A DNA stretch of 64,000 nucleotides from Armatimonadota bacterium. Its GTDB lineage: Bacteria; Armatimonadota; UBA5829; DSUL01. The notes under the pieces were generated by a model. It did no database searches. It saw nothing but the letters and a program-made list of their open reading frames with translations, and was not told the origin of the DNA. Shown here one piece after another: positions 48,910 through 59,526 of the stretch (the stretch's first letter is position 1; every line of letters begins with the position of its first letter). Both the position numbers and the translations under genes were made by a program. The stretch is taken from contig JBDHZC010000001.1 in assembly GCA_039811685.1 (NCBI GenBank), positions 800,001 to 864,000 of the forward strand, read 5' to 3'.

Positions 48910-49043
48910 GGGTTTGTCTCTCTTTTCGTTATGCCGGCGTCCTGTTGGACGACAGCCACCTGCGGCGGTAACCTGCTTTGCAGTGAAATCCATACAGGAT
49001 AACGCTCCATGTGGTATGACATGATGCGAGGCCGATCAGGCAC

Positions 49044-49907
49044 GTGGAGGCTTACAACTGCGTGAAAAAACTGCTGAACTACCGCCACAAGATTTTGCTC
49101 AAGAAAGCAGCAGCCCGCATCCTGTCGCTTAGCGCCCCGCGACCGGCCGAGTCACTGCCGCCCGTGACGGTGTTCATCAGCAGCATGGGTACGCGAGACT
49201 CGCTGGAGCTCACCCTGCGCAGCTTGTTTCGTATGACGCGATATCCGAACATTCAGTTGTGGATCGGTGAAAACGGATCAACGGATGGCTCGGTCGAGTT
49301 TTTGAGAGAGTACGCAAAGGAGCGGCCACTGCGGCTGGATGAACGAAAGGAGCCTCGCCGCCACTACCTGTGGCTGGACGAAGTACACAGATCCGTTGAA
49401 ACAAAGTACTGGTTCGCGGTGGACTCCGATATGCTCTTCCTTGGGCGGGATCCGATTCTGGAAATGGTGATGGTGATGGAACGCGACCCGTCTATTTACC
49501 TGGTGGCCAGTGAGGAAAGAGAGCCTCAGACAGACCACCCCGCGCCTGTGACAGGTGAACTACTGGATCTGGGTGAGGCGCCGGCCACGTGGCTTCTCGC
49601 CGTGCGCACCAGCCTGAGAGATACTCTTGACACATCCTTCGAAGACGGACCGGACCACGCGGATGCAGTGACTGGCAAGCCGTTCTGCTATGACACGGGC
49701 GGAAAACTGCTGCGGGATATGCGAGAGGGCGGCCTTGGCTATCACTATATGTCCCGAGTGTTTCAGCTCAAATATCAACATTTCGGAGGGCTGAGCTGGA
49801 GTGTGGACCCAACCGTTGTCCCTGATGAGAGCTATCAGCAGTCAAAGAGAAGTCAGCTTGAGTATATCCGGGCCCTTGTTGCGCGCGAGCGCGGCCGGGC
49901 AGGATGA
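49044..49907 (+). CDS. GT2/GT-A fold glycosyltransferase
   Basis: ENGSTDGS, DxD (VDSD), DTG, HFGG. Confidence 0.78.
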   Translation: MEAYNCVKKLLNYRHKILLKKAAARILSLSAPRPAESLPPVTVFISSMGTRDSLELTLRSLFRMTRYPNIQLWIGENGSTDGSVEFLREYAKERPLRLDERKEPRRHYLWLDEVHRSVETKYWFAVDSDMLFLGRDPILEMVMVMERDPSIYLVASEEREPQTDHPAPVTGELLDLGEAPATWLLAVRTSLRDTLDTSFEDGPDHADAVTGKPFCYDTGGKLLRDMREGGLGYHYMSRVFQLKYQHFGGLSWSVDPTVVPDESYQQSKRSQLEYIRALVARERGRAG

Positions 49908-50240
49908 CGGTCCTCTGTAGACAGCCTCTGACGGCGAGTATGAGGTAGAATAGAGGGCAGAATTGATGTCGGCGCGCAGACAGGCTTTCCTGTACTTTGA
50001 AATGACCAGGGGATGTTGCGCATTAGAAGGCGCTTTTTATTGCGCTGGGACAAGGATTTGGAACATCGGCGTTGAACACTCGTCTAGCAGTTGGCGCTTA
50101 CGGCGCAGACACATGCCTGAGGCTCGCGGGAGTACAGAGTATCTGCGGGACAGCCGAAGATCAGACTTGAGCGAAACTGGACATTGCGCCCTCAAATTGT
50201 CTGAGGGACAGAGTTTTTCGGGAAGGGAAAATCTCGAACT

Positions 50241-51188
50241 GTGGCGGTAAAACTACAGACACCCAAGTGGTACGTTGCTGTTGGAGTGGGAGCAGTCGCA
50301 ATTGTTGCGGGGTTGAGCGCAGCTCGGATTCTCGCTCAGGCGCCTGCCGGGATGCCTGTCGATCCAACACAGCAGGCAGGCGCCGCTGGCATGCCAGGAG
50401 ATGGTGGTGGCGCTCCGGCGGCGCCGAAGGTCAAACCGTTGCCGGGCTCGCCAATGTATCCTATTCCTTTCGCGCAAGCTCCACACGGCCCTGTCAAGCG
50501 CTACGCCGTCACTTCCCCGGGCGGCGGCAAGATCGAATACTACCGCTTTACGTCAAAAACCGACCGAACATACATTGTTGATATGCCGGCATCGCAGGTC
50601 AAGGGGGAGCGCAGCAAAGACGAATGGATCACGCTCTTTGCTTCCTACGGACGAGACCCGCGCGCTGAAGCGACCACCCGCGCGCTGACTGGCGGGGCGG
50701 GAGCTACCGCTTTTTCAGATCATTACAACATCTGGATGGCGAAACGTATCGCTGACCAGATATTGAAAGTGACGTTTGTGAAGCGCCGGATTAGCACGCG
50801 AGCAAATGAGATGAATCTGTGGTCAGCCATTCACCAGGAGGCTCGCGATGACGACGACAAGCTGCGCGCTCAGGCAGCGTGGGCCAGAATCAGCACGGAC
50901 AAGCGCGAGTTGCGCGGATTCTTGCGAGAGATCGCGGGCTACAAGCTGCAGCTTGGACATCTCTACAAGGAAGCGGGAGCTTTCGAACAGGCTCGCGAAC
51001 AGTACAGACAGACAGCTCAGCTTCAGATATTCCCGTACTCTGCTGAAGCTATCTCGAAGCTGCGGGTGATAGAAGGACAACAGCCAAGCATCCTGCAGCC
51101 GCTTACGGCAGGTATCGTAGGCATTGAGCGTATGTCGCTGAGTGATCTGTACCAGGCTGCGGTTCGCGCCAGCAGCACCACCCCCTAG
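50241..51188 (+). CDS. Hypothetical exported/membrane-anchored protein with Pro/Gly/Ala linker and C-terminal TPR-like helices
   Basis: N-terminal hydrophobic helix, PAGMP...GMPG linker, LGHLYKEAGAFEQAREQY. Confidence 0.65.
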   Translation: MAVKLQTPKWYVAVGVGAVAIVAGLSAARILAQAPAGMPVDPTQQAGAAGMPGDGGGAPAAPKVKPLPGSPMYPIPFAQAPHGPVKRYAVTSPGGGKIEYYRFTSKTDRTYIVDMPASQVKGERSKDEWITLFASYGRDPRAEATTRALTGGAGATAFSDHYNIWMAKRIADQILKVTFVKRRISTRANEMNLWSAIHQEARDDDDKLRAQAAWARISTDKRELRGFLREIAGYKLQLGHLYKEAGAFEQAREQYRQTAQLQIFPYSAEAISKLRVIEGQQPSILQPLTAGIVGIERMSLSDLYQAAVRASSTTP

Positions 51189-51261
51189 ATAGCCGGCCGG
51201 CAGTATCTCTGGGATGGGAAGTGAGTTCGACTTCCAAGACACTCTGACAGTGTTGTAGACC

Positions 51262-52251
51262 TTGAGCATCCGAACACTTCACATCGCTGACGACGGTGCG
51301 GTTCGCCATAATCTGAGCGACGAAGAGTGGCGCGCTGCTGCGGGTGCAACAACAGGCTTTTTGTGGGTGGATATTTCTGGTGACGATCCGCAGGCTGACT
51401 CCGTCCTGACCGATGTTTTCAAGTTCCATCCTCTTGCGGTTGACGACGCCCTGCGTGAGGAGCATATCCCGCGCATTGACCAGTGGGAAGGCTACCTTTA
51501 CGCCGTTATCACCGCTATGACCTGCAGTGCGGCAACTCCGCAACTGAACATATTCGAAATCGACCTGTTCCTTGGGGAGCACTATCTCGTGACTCTTCAT
51601 CGGGAGGAGATTGGCGCAATAGAGAAGGTCTGGAAGCAGGCTCAACAACCCGAGCGCCGCCCCAAGCGTCCCGCAGGACGAATCCTCTACGAGCTGCTCG
51701 ACACGCTCACGACGGACTATCTTCAGGCCGTAGACAGCATAGACGAACACATTGACGCGCTGGAAGACCGCATATTCTCCGGCCCCAATGGCGAGACGCT
51801 CAGCGGGCTTTTCAGCGTCAAACGCTCTTTGCTGGAGATGCGCCGGATGTTCACTCCGATGCGCGAAGTCATGAACAGACTGGCGCGCGACGATTACCCT
51901 CAGATACGGCGTGAAGAGCGAGTCTACTTCCGCGACATCTACGATCACCTGGTGCGGCTGGTAGATCTGAACGAAACTCTGAGAGACATGGTGTCCGGGG
52001 CTATGGACTCCTATTTGTCCGTGGTCTCCAATCGGCTAAACGAGATCATGAAGACGCTGACGATTGTGACGCTGCTCTTCATGCCTCTGACAGTTATCAC
52101 CAGCTTTTTCGGAATGAACTTTTTCGCTGGCACGCTCTACCAGGTGCCGGAAAGTCCACCCGGCTGGCTGATTTTCGGTGGCGCCTTTGCGCTATGTTTG
52201 TTCAGCGTCGGGGGAATGGTCTTGTGGATGCGGCGCAAAGGCTGGATGTAG
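51262..52251 (+). CDS. corA: CorA-family Mg2+/Co2+ transporter
   Basis: FLWVDI, FHPLAVDD, YFRDIYDH, GMN signature, MRRKGWM. Confidence 0.93.
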   Translation: MSIRTLHIADDGAVRHNLSDEEWRAAAGATTGFLWVDISGDDPQADSVLTDVFKFHPLAVDDALREEHIPRIDQWEGYLYAVITAMTCSAATPQLNIFEIDLFLGEHYLVTLHREEIGAIEKVWKQAQQPERRPKRPAGRILYELLDTLTTDYLQAVDSIDEHIDALEDRIFSGPNGETLSGLFSVKRSLLEMRRMFTPMREVMNRLARDDYPQIRREERVYFRDIYDHLVRLVDLNETLRDMVSGAMDSYLSVVSNRLNEIMKTLTIVTLLFMPLTVITSFFGMNFFAGTLYQVPESPPGWLIFGGAFALCLFSVGGMVLWMRRKGWM

Positions 52252-52256
52252 AGGAC

Positions 52257-53135
52257 TTACAGAACGCTTGACGCCTGAGTTTCTTCGATAATCAAGCGTT
52301 GTAGCTCACGCCTGACGGCCGCCACAACACCGTGCGGGTCCTCCTCGAGCAGTGGAGCATCCGCATCCTGTCCGTTGATGGCGCAGCTTACAAGTTGCTT
52401 TATCCCAAACACGGAGTTTGTGAGGAATGCCGCCTCTGCGCAGGCCAGATTCTCGGGAAGGAAGTTGCCCTCCCTGACGGATATTCCCACAGAAAGCGCC
52501 GCTTCAATAACGGCTTCGCGCGTAATGCCAGGCAGGGCGCCGGATTCCACTGCAGGGGTAAAGAGGTCCCCACCCCGTGTCCAGAACAGATTGCTGGAAC
52601 TTGCCTCTGCAAGATAGCCCAGCCCATTACACACAATCGCTTCGTTGTAACCCAGCGCTTCAGCTTCGCGTCTGGCGAGAATATTGGGAAGCCAGTTGCA
52701 GGTTTTCAGCTCCGCAATCGGCGAGGTCGCATCGCGCACGACAGATGATAGCAACGCGCGTCCGGCCTCAGGCGGAGCTACTGGCGCCTGCTTTGCAAGC
52801 ACGCTGACTACCGCCGCGCTGACGGGGTGAACCGCTAACCAGCCTTCGCCTCGAGTGACGGACAGGCGAATGACCACTTCCTCCATCTTCAGATCGTGAC
52901 AGACATCTTCCAGCGCCTTCAGCGCACCTGCAAGAGCGCGTCCGGGATCAAGCCCCAGATAGTCCATTCCGTGGTTCAGGCGCGCCAGATGCCGCTCCAT
53001 TCGGAAGAAGCGCCCCGAATAGCTGCGCAACGTCTCAAAGACGCCGTCCCCGTACAAGAACCCGCGATCCATCGGCGAGATTAGTGGCTTATCAGCGTCG
53101 TGCCAGCGTCCGTTTATCCAGCAGAATGCACTCAA
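52257..53135 (-). CDS. Class IV aminotransferase (PabC/IlvE-like, probably aminodeoxychorismate lyase)
   Basis: DRGFLYGDGVFET, LKTCN, EASSSN, LPGITR, FLTNS; directly downstream of pabB. Confidence 0.85.
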   Translation of the reverse strand: MSAFCWINGRWHDADKPLISPMDRGFLYGDGVFETLRSYSGRFFRMERHLARLNHGMDYLGLDPGRALAGALKALEDVCHDLKMEEVVIRLSVTRGEGWLAVHPVSAAVVSVLAKQAPVAPPEAGRALLSSVVRDATSPIAELKTCNWLPNILARREAEALGYNEAIVCNGLGYLAEASSSNLFWTRGGDLFTPAVESGALPGITREAVIEAALSVGISVREGNFLPENLACAEAAFLTNSVFGIKQLVSCAINGQDADAPLLEEDPHGVVAAVRRELQRLIIEETQASSVL

Positions 53136-53146
53136 AATGTCCGACC

Positions 53147-54535
53147 TTATCCAGTAGTTTTGTCACTTGTTCCCGGCGAAAGCGCGGCACGCATCGCAGC
53201 AGCCTTCACCAAAGTCTCTTCAAACTCTGTCGCGGGATCAGAATCCGCAACGATTCCGCCTCCCACACCAAATACCGCAGCCTTTTGCCCTGCCCAGATA
53301 CTGCGTATCGTCATTGCCAGGTGCACATGACCTGACACCGAAAAGTATCCGTAACACCCAGTATAAGGGCCACGGGCGCAAGACTCAAGCTCTCTTATGA
53401 TTTCGCAGGCGCGTATTTTTGGCGCTCCTGTCACCGATCCGCCGGGAAACAGCGCCGCCAGGCAGTCAAGGCTATCTGCGCCGTCCCGCAGACTGCCCTG
53501 GACAGTGGACACCAGATGGAAGACTGTGGGATGCACTTCGCGGCGGCACAGCTCTGTTGTCGTCACGCTGCCGGGCTTGCAGACGCGCCCCAGGTCGTTG
53601 CGCACCAGGTCCACAATCATAACATTTTCTGCGCGATCCTTCGAGCTTTCGCTCAGCTCCACAGCCAGCGCCACGTCCTCCTCATGTGTCCCTCCTCGCG
53701 GTCGAGTCCCTTTGATGGGGCGGCTCAACACGCGCCTGGTGGAAGCGTCAACACTCAGAAACAACTCCGGACTGCCACCCAGAAGCGCCGTGCCTGACTC
53801 AGCGGGACCGCAAAGTACAGCGCCGTACGGGGCCGGAGAAGCTTCCCGCAACCGGAGGTAGGCGCTGGGAGCATCAACAGGTGTCTCCGTGACGAACTGG
53901 CGAGAGAGATTCACCTGATAAATATCCCCCGCACTGATGTACTGACGCGCTTGCTCCACCCACGCTTCATACTGCTGCTGGTCAGTGGAAGCCGCAGTGC
54001 CTACGGTATTGGAGGGAGCCGGGACGACAAGAGTTTCAGCGATGCCGTTGAAAGAGTCTGGGGCAGACTCACCCAGGACCACACGCCAGCGACGCCGCTC
54101 TCCCAGATCAAAAGCGTCAACTGCATCGAAAAACACGAAGCTGGCAAGCGGGGCATCCTGGACACTTTCACGAACGACGGCTATCCGGTCGAACTCAGGC
54201 GATAGCTCGTAGCCGAACCATCCCACCCAGCCACCACAGAACCTGGGAGCTCCGGCAGGTAGTTTCCACCGCTCGGGCGCGAGATACTCCCGGATAAGTG
54301 CGCGCCAATCGGGCGCAGTTTTCCAGTCCCCTCCCCGTCGACGCCAGCGGGCGCCTTCCCAGGTGATGAGTAGCTCAACAAGAGGATCAAGCGCCAGATA
54401 AGACCATCGGGAGTCTGTAAATCCAGGCATCGCCGAATCGAGAAACGCCAGCCCGGCGCGGCTCCGCACGCTCCAGAACGCCTCCAGCGGATCGATCCAA
54501 GGCTGCTCAGTAATGGTGACTTCTGTCGCTACCAC
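53147..54535 (-). CDS. pabB: Aminodeoxychorismate synthase component I
   Basis: GDIYQVNL, SPELF, RPIKGTRPRG (PIKGT favours PabB over TrpE), AENVMIVDLVRND, TGAPK. Confidence 0.85.
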   Translation of the reverse strand: MVATEVTITEQPWIDPLEAFWSVRSRAGLAFLDSAMPGFTDSRWSYLALDPLVELLITWEGARWRRRGGDWKTAPDWRALIREYLAPERWKLPAGAPRFCGGWVGWFGYELSPEFDRIAVVRESVQDAPLASFVFFDAVDAFDLGERRRWRVVLGESAPDSFNGIAETLVVPAPSNTVGTAASTDQQQYEAWVEQARQYISAGDIYQVNLSRQFVTETPVDAPSAYLRLREASPAPYGAVLCGPAESGTALLGGSPELFLSVDASTRRVLSRPIKGTRPRGGTHEEDVALAVELSESSKDRAENVMIVDLVRNDLGRVCKPGSVTTTELCRREVHPTVFHLVSTVQGSLRDGADSLDCLAALFPGGSVTGAPKIRACEIIRELESCARGPYTGCYGYFSVSGHVHLAMTIRSIWAGQKAAVFGVGGGIVADSDPATEFEETLVKAAAMRAALSPGTSDKTTG

Positions 54536-54704
54536 AGCGACGCACTCTGGTAGCAGCGGCAGTCAACGCCTGTTATGGACTGGAAACTCAAGTCTGCAAG
54601 ATGTCCGGAGTCAAGACCTAGAAGCGGACGGCTGAGAAGGCCCCTTGCGGCATTGACGTCAGCGACGGCGAGAGGCGCTACAGCTCTTGTTTTCACGTTG
54701 AGAT

Positions 54705-55859
54705 TCATTGCGTATAGACCCTTTCAACTCGCGATGCAACGGAGCACATCAACTCATAGGGGCTACCTTCGATTTGTTTCGCAACCTCTTCGAGTCGCAG
54801 CTCGGAGCCGCCCTGAACGCCCCAGAAGACCACCTCATCTCCCAGCTCTACGCCTCCAATATCAGTGACGTCCAGCATAGTCTGATCCATACACACCCGA
54901 CCGGCAATCGGCGCGCGTTGTTCGCGGATCAGCGCAACTCCCCTGTTGGACAATCGGCGCGGCAATCCGTCTCCGTAGCCAAGGCTCACCGTAGCGATAC
55001 GGCTCGGACGAGCTGCGGTCCAGGTGTGCCCATAGCTGACGCTTTCTCCTTGTGAGACATCTTTCAGGAAGACAACCCGTGAACGAAGTGTCATAACGGG
55101 CTGTAGATCTGCACTTCTCACGCACTCAGGAGAGGGGAAGCTCCCGTAGAGCATAATCCCAGGTCTTACGCAGGACAGATTGCTGTGCGGAAGGCTCAGG
55201 ACCGCTCCACTGTTTGCGCAGTGCAGGATCAATTTTCGCCCGAGCGCCCGGTAGATAGATTCTGAGGAGTCCGTGAAGATACGAAGCTGCTCACGAGCAC
55301 GGGACAAATCAGCCATATCCGCGCTGGCAAAGTGCGTCATCAGTCCCGCCAGTCGCAGACCTGACATTCGGTCAATGGCCAACGCCGCTTCGGCGGCGCT
55401 TTCAGGACGCACACCTATGCGCCCCATCCCTGTGTCTATCTTCAAATGAACGCAGACGGTTTTGTGAAGTCTGACCGCCGCTCTCGAAAGCTCTTTAGCC
55501 TGAAGAACATCAGCCACTGCACTCTGGGCTCCAGAGGCAATGGCAGCCTCCGCATCCTCCTCGAGAAACGCTCCAAGCAACAGAACAGGCCGACCCTGCG
55601 CGCAACTGGCGATCTCCTCGGCCTCCTCCGGTGTCGCCACACAGAAGCCATCCGCCCCCTCTCCCACCAGCGCCCGCACAACAGGACAAGCGCCATGTCC
55701 GTAAGCATTTGCTTTGACAGCAGGCCATATCTGACAGAAAGGACCAACCAGGCCTCGCACTTCCCGCAGATTGTGGCGGAGCGCTTGTAGATTTACAATG
55801 GCCGACGCCCTGTGGCCTGGGTGGCCCGCGCCGGCCGCATTGGCAGCCTTAGAAGTCAA
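54705..55859 (-). CDS. alr: Alanine racemase
   Basis: AVKANAYGHG, HLKIDTGMGRIG, THF, RPGIMLYG, GYGDG, GRVCMDQ. Confidence 0.96.
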   Translation of the reverse strand: MTSKAANAAGAGHPGHRASAIVNLQALRHNLREVRGLVGPFCQIWPAVKANAYGHGACPVVRALVGEGADGFCVATPEEAEEIASCAQGRPVLLLGAFLEEDAEAAIASGAQSAVADVLQAKELSRAAVRLHKTVCVHLKIDTGMGRIGVRPESAAEAALAIDRMSGLRLAGLMTHFASADMADLSRAREQLRIFTDSSESIYRALGRKLILHCANSGAVLSLPHSNLSCVRPGIMLYGSFPSPECVRSADLQPVMTLRSRVVFLKDVSQGESVSYGHTWTAARPSRIATVSLGYGDGLPRRLSNRGVALIREQRAPIAGRVCMDQTMLDVTDIGGVELGDEVVFWGVQGGSELRLEEVAKQIEGSPYELMCSVASRVERVYTQ

Positions 55860-55883
55860 CGAGAGGTCTGGCCGGGACGTTGC

Positions 55884-57092
55884 TCACGCGTCCTTTAGTT
55901 CGGCCCGGTTTTCGTAAACCTTCGCCACCGCCTGGACAATCGAGTCCATGTCCGAGCGCGGCCCCAGCAGCATTGGCTGCGTGAGCCACACGCCTTCATC
56001 GTCGCTGGCCTTTTCGGAGATGGGAAGATGCAGATTTGAGTAGTCCGGCGCGCCCTCGGATACACACGCGTAGAATGCCTTCTCGCGGTACAACGGGGTG
56101 TAGCCTCCAAAACAGGGGATGCCTTCGGCACTCAAAGCCTCCATGAAGCGATTTCTGCTAATCCCGTCAAAGGTCTTCGAATCGTAGCGAAAGATGTAAA
56201 GGTGATACCCATGACTCGTAATCTTTTCGGGACGCTTCTGAGCCAGAATACCAGGTATCTGCTCGAGCTTTGATGTGAGATAAGAAGCGTTAGCCTGGCG
56301 AACCTGCATCTGCTCAGGTAGTTTTTTCATCTGAGACAACAAAATGGCGGCCTGCCACTCGGTCATGCGGTAGTTAGCTCCCAGATTTGGATGTTCGTAC
56401 CACCGCCCACCTGGGACGCGCCCCACGTTGTGAATGGACCAGCACCTGTCGTAGATTTCCTGATTGTTAGTAACAATCATCCCCCCTTCACCCGCCGTCA
56501 GATTCTTGCTGGACTGGAAGCTGAACGTGCCAGCAACACCAAAGGAGCCCACCCTCTGGCCGGCCCATTCCGCACCATGCGCCTGCGCCGCGTCTTCAAC
56601 AAGTGGAATCCCGTGCTTTTTTGAGATGTGCACCAGCGCATCCATGTCGCAAGGTTGACCCGCAATGTGCACTGCGATTATCGCCTTCGTCTTTGGCGTA
56701 ATAGCAGCCTCAACCTTGTCCGGGTCGATAAGGTAGGTCTCGGGATCAATGTCGGCGAAGACGGGAATCCCGTTGTTAAGCAAAACGGCTGTCGCTGTTG
56801 CGATGAAGGTGTAGGGAGGCAGAATAACTTCATCGCCAATGCCCACTCCGAGAGCTCGAAGCACGATCTCAAGGGCGTGAGTCCCGTTGGTGCAGCTTAC
56901 GCCGTAATCGCAGTCCTGAAAGGCCGAAAACTGTTTTTCAAACTCCGGCACCTTTCGTTGCTCAATGCCACCCCACAGCCCACTCTCAACGACTTCGACA
57001 ATCGCTTTTCTATCGGATTCATCGACAACGGGCCAGGAATGAAAAGCCTTTTCGCGGACTCTGGGACCGCCAAGAATAGCAAGTTGCGCCAT
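55884..57092 (-). CDS. DegT/DnrJ/EryC1/StrS PLP-dependent aminotransferase (AHBA synthase/inosose aminotransferase-like)
   Basis: TNGT, EDAAQAHG, SFQSSKNLTAGEGG, NYRMTEWQAA. Confidence 0.92.
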   Translation of the reverse strand: MAQLAILGGPRVREKAFHSWPVVDESDRKAIVEVVESGLWGGIEQRKVPEFEKQFSAFQDCDYGVSCTNGTHALEIVLRALGVGIGDEVILPPYTFIATATAVLLNNGIPVFADIDPETYLIDPDKVEAAITPKTKAIIAVHIAGQPCDMDALVHISKKHGIPLVEDAAQAHGAEWAGQRVGSFGVAGTFSFQSSKNLTAGEGGMIVTNNQEIYDRCWSIHNVGRVPGGRWYEHPNLGANYRMTEWQAAILLSQMKKLPEQMQVRQANASYLTSKLEQIPGILAQKRPEKITSHGYHLYIFRYDSKTFDGISRNRFMEALSAEGIPCFGGYTPLYREKAFYACVSEGAPDYSNLHLPISEKASDDEGVWLTQPMLLGPRSDMDSIVQAVAKVYENRAELKDA

Positions 57093-57138
57093 GGGTGTTG
57101 ACTCCAGCGGCCAGAAAATGAGGAAAGCCGCCGCTGCA

Positions 57139-57168
57139 AGTGTAGTCTATCGCCATCTTACCTGTCAA
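57139..57168 (-). promoter_or_regulatory. Putative sigma70 promoter for the DegT-alr genes
   Basis: TTGACA-N18-TACACT between grpE and the aminotransferase. Confidence 0.55.
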
Positions 57169-57201
57169 CGACAGGAGATGCGCGCAATCGGTGCGTTTTG
57201 G

Positions 57202-57924
57202 CTAGACTTCGACAGCTACCGTCACCATCGCGGGACGAATGACTTCATCCTTCATTGTGTAGCCCTTCTGCAGCTCACTCACAACGGTGTTTTCAGGGTG
57301 TTCAGAATCCTCTATGCGCATAACCGCTTCGTGGAACATCGGATCGAAAGGCTGGCCAACCGCCTCAATGGGTTTGACGCCTTCCGCCTCAAGAACCTCC
57401 TGCAGCTTCTCGACAGTCTTGGACAATCCTTCGGAGAGCGCCTCGAAGTTCTGAGTCTCCGCCGCGGACCGCTGAGCGCGTTCGAAGTCATCCACAACAT
57501 TCAGAATCTTCAGAATCAACTCCCGGGCCGCAAAACTCCTCATAGACGCTTGCTGCTCTTCCTGCCGCCGCTTGTAGTTAGCGAAATCCGCCCGGACTCT
57601 CAGATAGAGCTCATGCTCCTGATCCGCTCGCTTATTTGCCGCGTCGAGGGCCTTTTGGAGATCCTGCAATTCCAGCGTAGGCACATTCTGGGGATCAGCA
57701 TCCTCAACGGCCGTATCCTGATCAGGCGCAACGGCACCAGCGCTCACAGCAGCAGCTTCCGGAAGAGCCTCTTCCGTCAAATTCTGAGCAGGGGAAGCTG
57801 AACCGGAGCCCGCATCCACATCCTGATCAGCGCCGGCAGCTGAACTCGCATCGGCGCCGTGCCTTCTGTAAGACTCCTCACTCCCGTCCGTGACTTCCAC
57901 TCTGTGAACCCGTCTGTGAGCCAT
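57202..57924 (-). CDS. grpE: Nucleotide exchange factor GrpE
   Basis: RADFANYKRR, DDFERA, FDPMFHEA, QKGY...IRPAMV; GGAGG before ATG 57924. Confidence 0.96.
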   Translation of the reverse strand: MAHRRVHRVEVTDGSEESYRRHGADASSAAGADQDVDAGSGSASPAQNLTEEALPEAAAVSAGAVAPDQDTAVEDADPQNVPTLELQDLQKALDAANKRADQEHELYLRVRADFANYKRRQEEQQASMRSFAARELILKILNVVDDFERAQRSAAETQNFEALSEGLSKTVEKLQEVLEAEGVKPIEAVGQPFDPMFHEAVMRIEDSEHPENTVVSELQKGYTMKDEVIRPAMVTVAVEV

Positions 57925-57966
57925 ATCCTGACCTCCGAAAAACCTTAAGCCGCCCAACAGCGACGG

Positions 57967-59526
57967 CTACACTTCATCCCCACCAGAGTGTTCGGGGGCG
58001 GAAGTGTTCCTGCGGCGCACGATGGCGCTGATTTTCAATATCGCTTCAGCGACTTCGCCCGCCGTCTGCAACGCACGCAGTTTAACGCCCGCGGAATCCA
58101 GTACGCCCGCCTCAAGCATGTCCACGACCTGCCCCGTCGAGCAATCGACTGCCAGAGTTGCCAGCCCGGATGATTCCTGCGCCGCACCTACCATTTCGAC
58201 TTTCTCAAGAGGATTGTACCCCGCATTGGCCACTATCTGCGCCAGCGGCCTCTTCAAAGCCGTTTCAACGCAGTCCAGACCGTAGGACGCCATCCCACTC
58301 TGAGTGCCGCGCAGTACACGGACGGCACGAGCCGCTCCGACCTCAACAGCGCCACCACCGGCGACAGCTCCCGCGCGCAAAGCGCTCTGCAGAGCTCCAC
58401 AAGCGTCTTCCGCGATACGCTTGACCTCTTCCGCCACTTCGCGCGTTGCGGCTCCTACGATCACGGTCGCGGCAGCAGACCCTTTCCCACCTTCTATGCA
58501 GACTATTCCGTGCCGCTGTGAAACCTCAACAGACTCAGCATAGCCCAGTGCATCTGGCAGCGCCGTCAGCGCGTCAAAATCGCGCTTTAGCACTCGTGCT
58601 CCAGTATGCTCTGCGACCTGCGCGATATCTTTGACTCCCAGCCTGCGCAGCACAATGCATCCGGCCGCCGTCAAACGCTCTTCAGCAACGTCGTGAAGCC
58701 CTTTTTGCGCGGCTATCAGACCAACGCCGGATTCAGCAATCAGATTAACCTGCCTCTTAAAGCGCTCCAGACTCTCCATATACGCGCCGAAGCCACGATC
58801 TGTAGCCAACGCCTGCGTTTCGATTGCTTCTGGTTCCAGAGCATCTGCCAGTACCAGGCAGCGGACACCTGCAAGCTTCGTAGGCATTTGCCGGTTCATG
58901 CGGTCTTTGTCAATGAGAACTCCCGCAAATGCGCGCGTCTGAGCCCCTTCTACCACCGTCACCGAGTCCCGAAGCTGGAAGTCAGGATCCAGGAGACGAG
59001 CGGACCCGTAAATCTGCCCAGCTTCCAACACGGCCTGCGCGATCTCCGTCTCACCGCGAGCCGAGATCAGCACACACTGACGCAGAGCGGCAGATTCCAA
59101 ATCCGCACACGGATGACTTTGCGCAGCGATAAACGACCGAGCAGTACAAATACCTTCCCGGATACCCTCCACAAGCATTGAAACAGGCACACCCCTGGCC
59201 ACGTGCTCTGCGCCTTCGGCAATAAGCGCAGCAGCAAGAATGGCGGCGGTTGTGGTTCCATCACCTACCTCATCATCCTGACTTCGCGCAGCGCGTATGA
59301 GGATGCGGGCAGCCGGGTGATGCGCGTCGATGTGAGTGAGGATGGTGCTGCCGTCGTTTGTGATTGTCACGTCCCCTGCGCCGTCCACCAGCATGCAGTT
59401 TAGTCCTCTTGGGCCGAGCGTCCCCTCCACCGCCGAGGCAACTGCGCGTACGGCAGCGGCGTTGGACTGCAGTGCGCTAAGGGGTGAGGTTGACTCCTGC
59501 TTGTCCACAGGACGATTCTGAGCCAT
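57967..59526 (-). CDS. Thermosome-like (TCP-1/cpn60, group III-type) chaperonin
   Basis: GTLGPRG, ITNDG, HPAA, EVGDGTTT, GGGAVE, NAGY, AEAILKI; group II-like rather than GroEL-like signatures. Confidence 0.88.
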   Translation of the reverse strand: MAQNRPVDKQESTSPLSALQSNAAAVRAVASAVEGTLGPRGLNCMLVDGAGDVTITNDGSTILTHIDAHHPAARILIRAARSQDDEVGDGTTTAAILAAALIAEGAEHVARGVPVSMLVEGIREGICTARSFIAAQSHPCADLESAALRQCVLISARGETEIAQAVLEAGQIYGSARLLDPDFQLRDSVTVVEGAQTRAFAGVLIDKDRMNRQMPTKLAGVRCLVLADALEPEAIETQALATDRGFGAYMESLERFKRQVNLIAESGVGLIAAQKGLHDVAEERLTAAGCIVLRRLGVKDIAQVAEHTGARVLKRDFDALTALPDALGYAESVEVSQRHGIVCIEGGKGSAAATVIVGAATREVAEEVKRIAEDACGALQSALRAGAVAGGGAVEVGAARAVRVLRGTQSGMASYGLDCVETALKRPLAQIVANAGYNPLEKVEMVGAAQESSGLATLAVDCSTGQVVDMLEAGVLDSAGVKLRALQTAGEVAEAILKISAIVRRRNTSAPEHSGGDEV

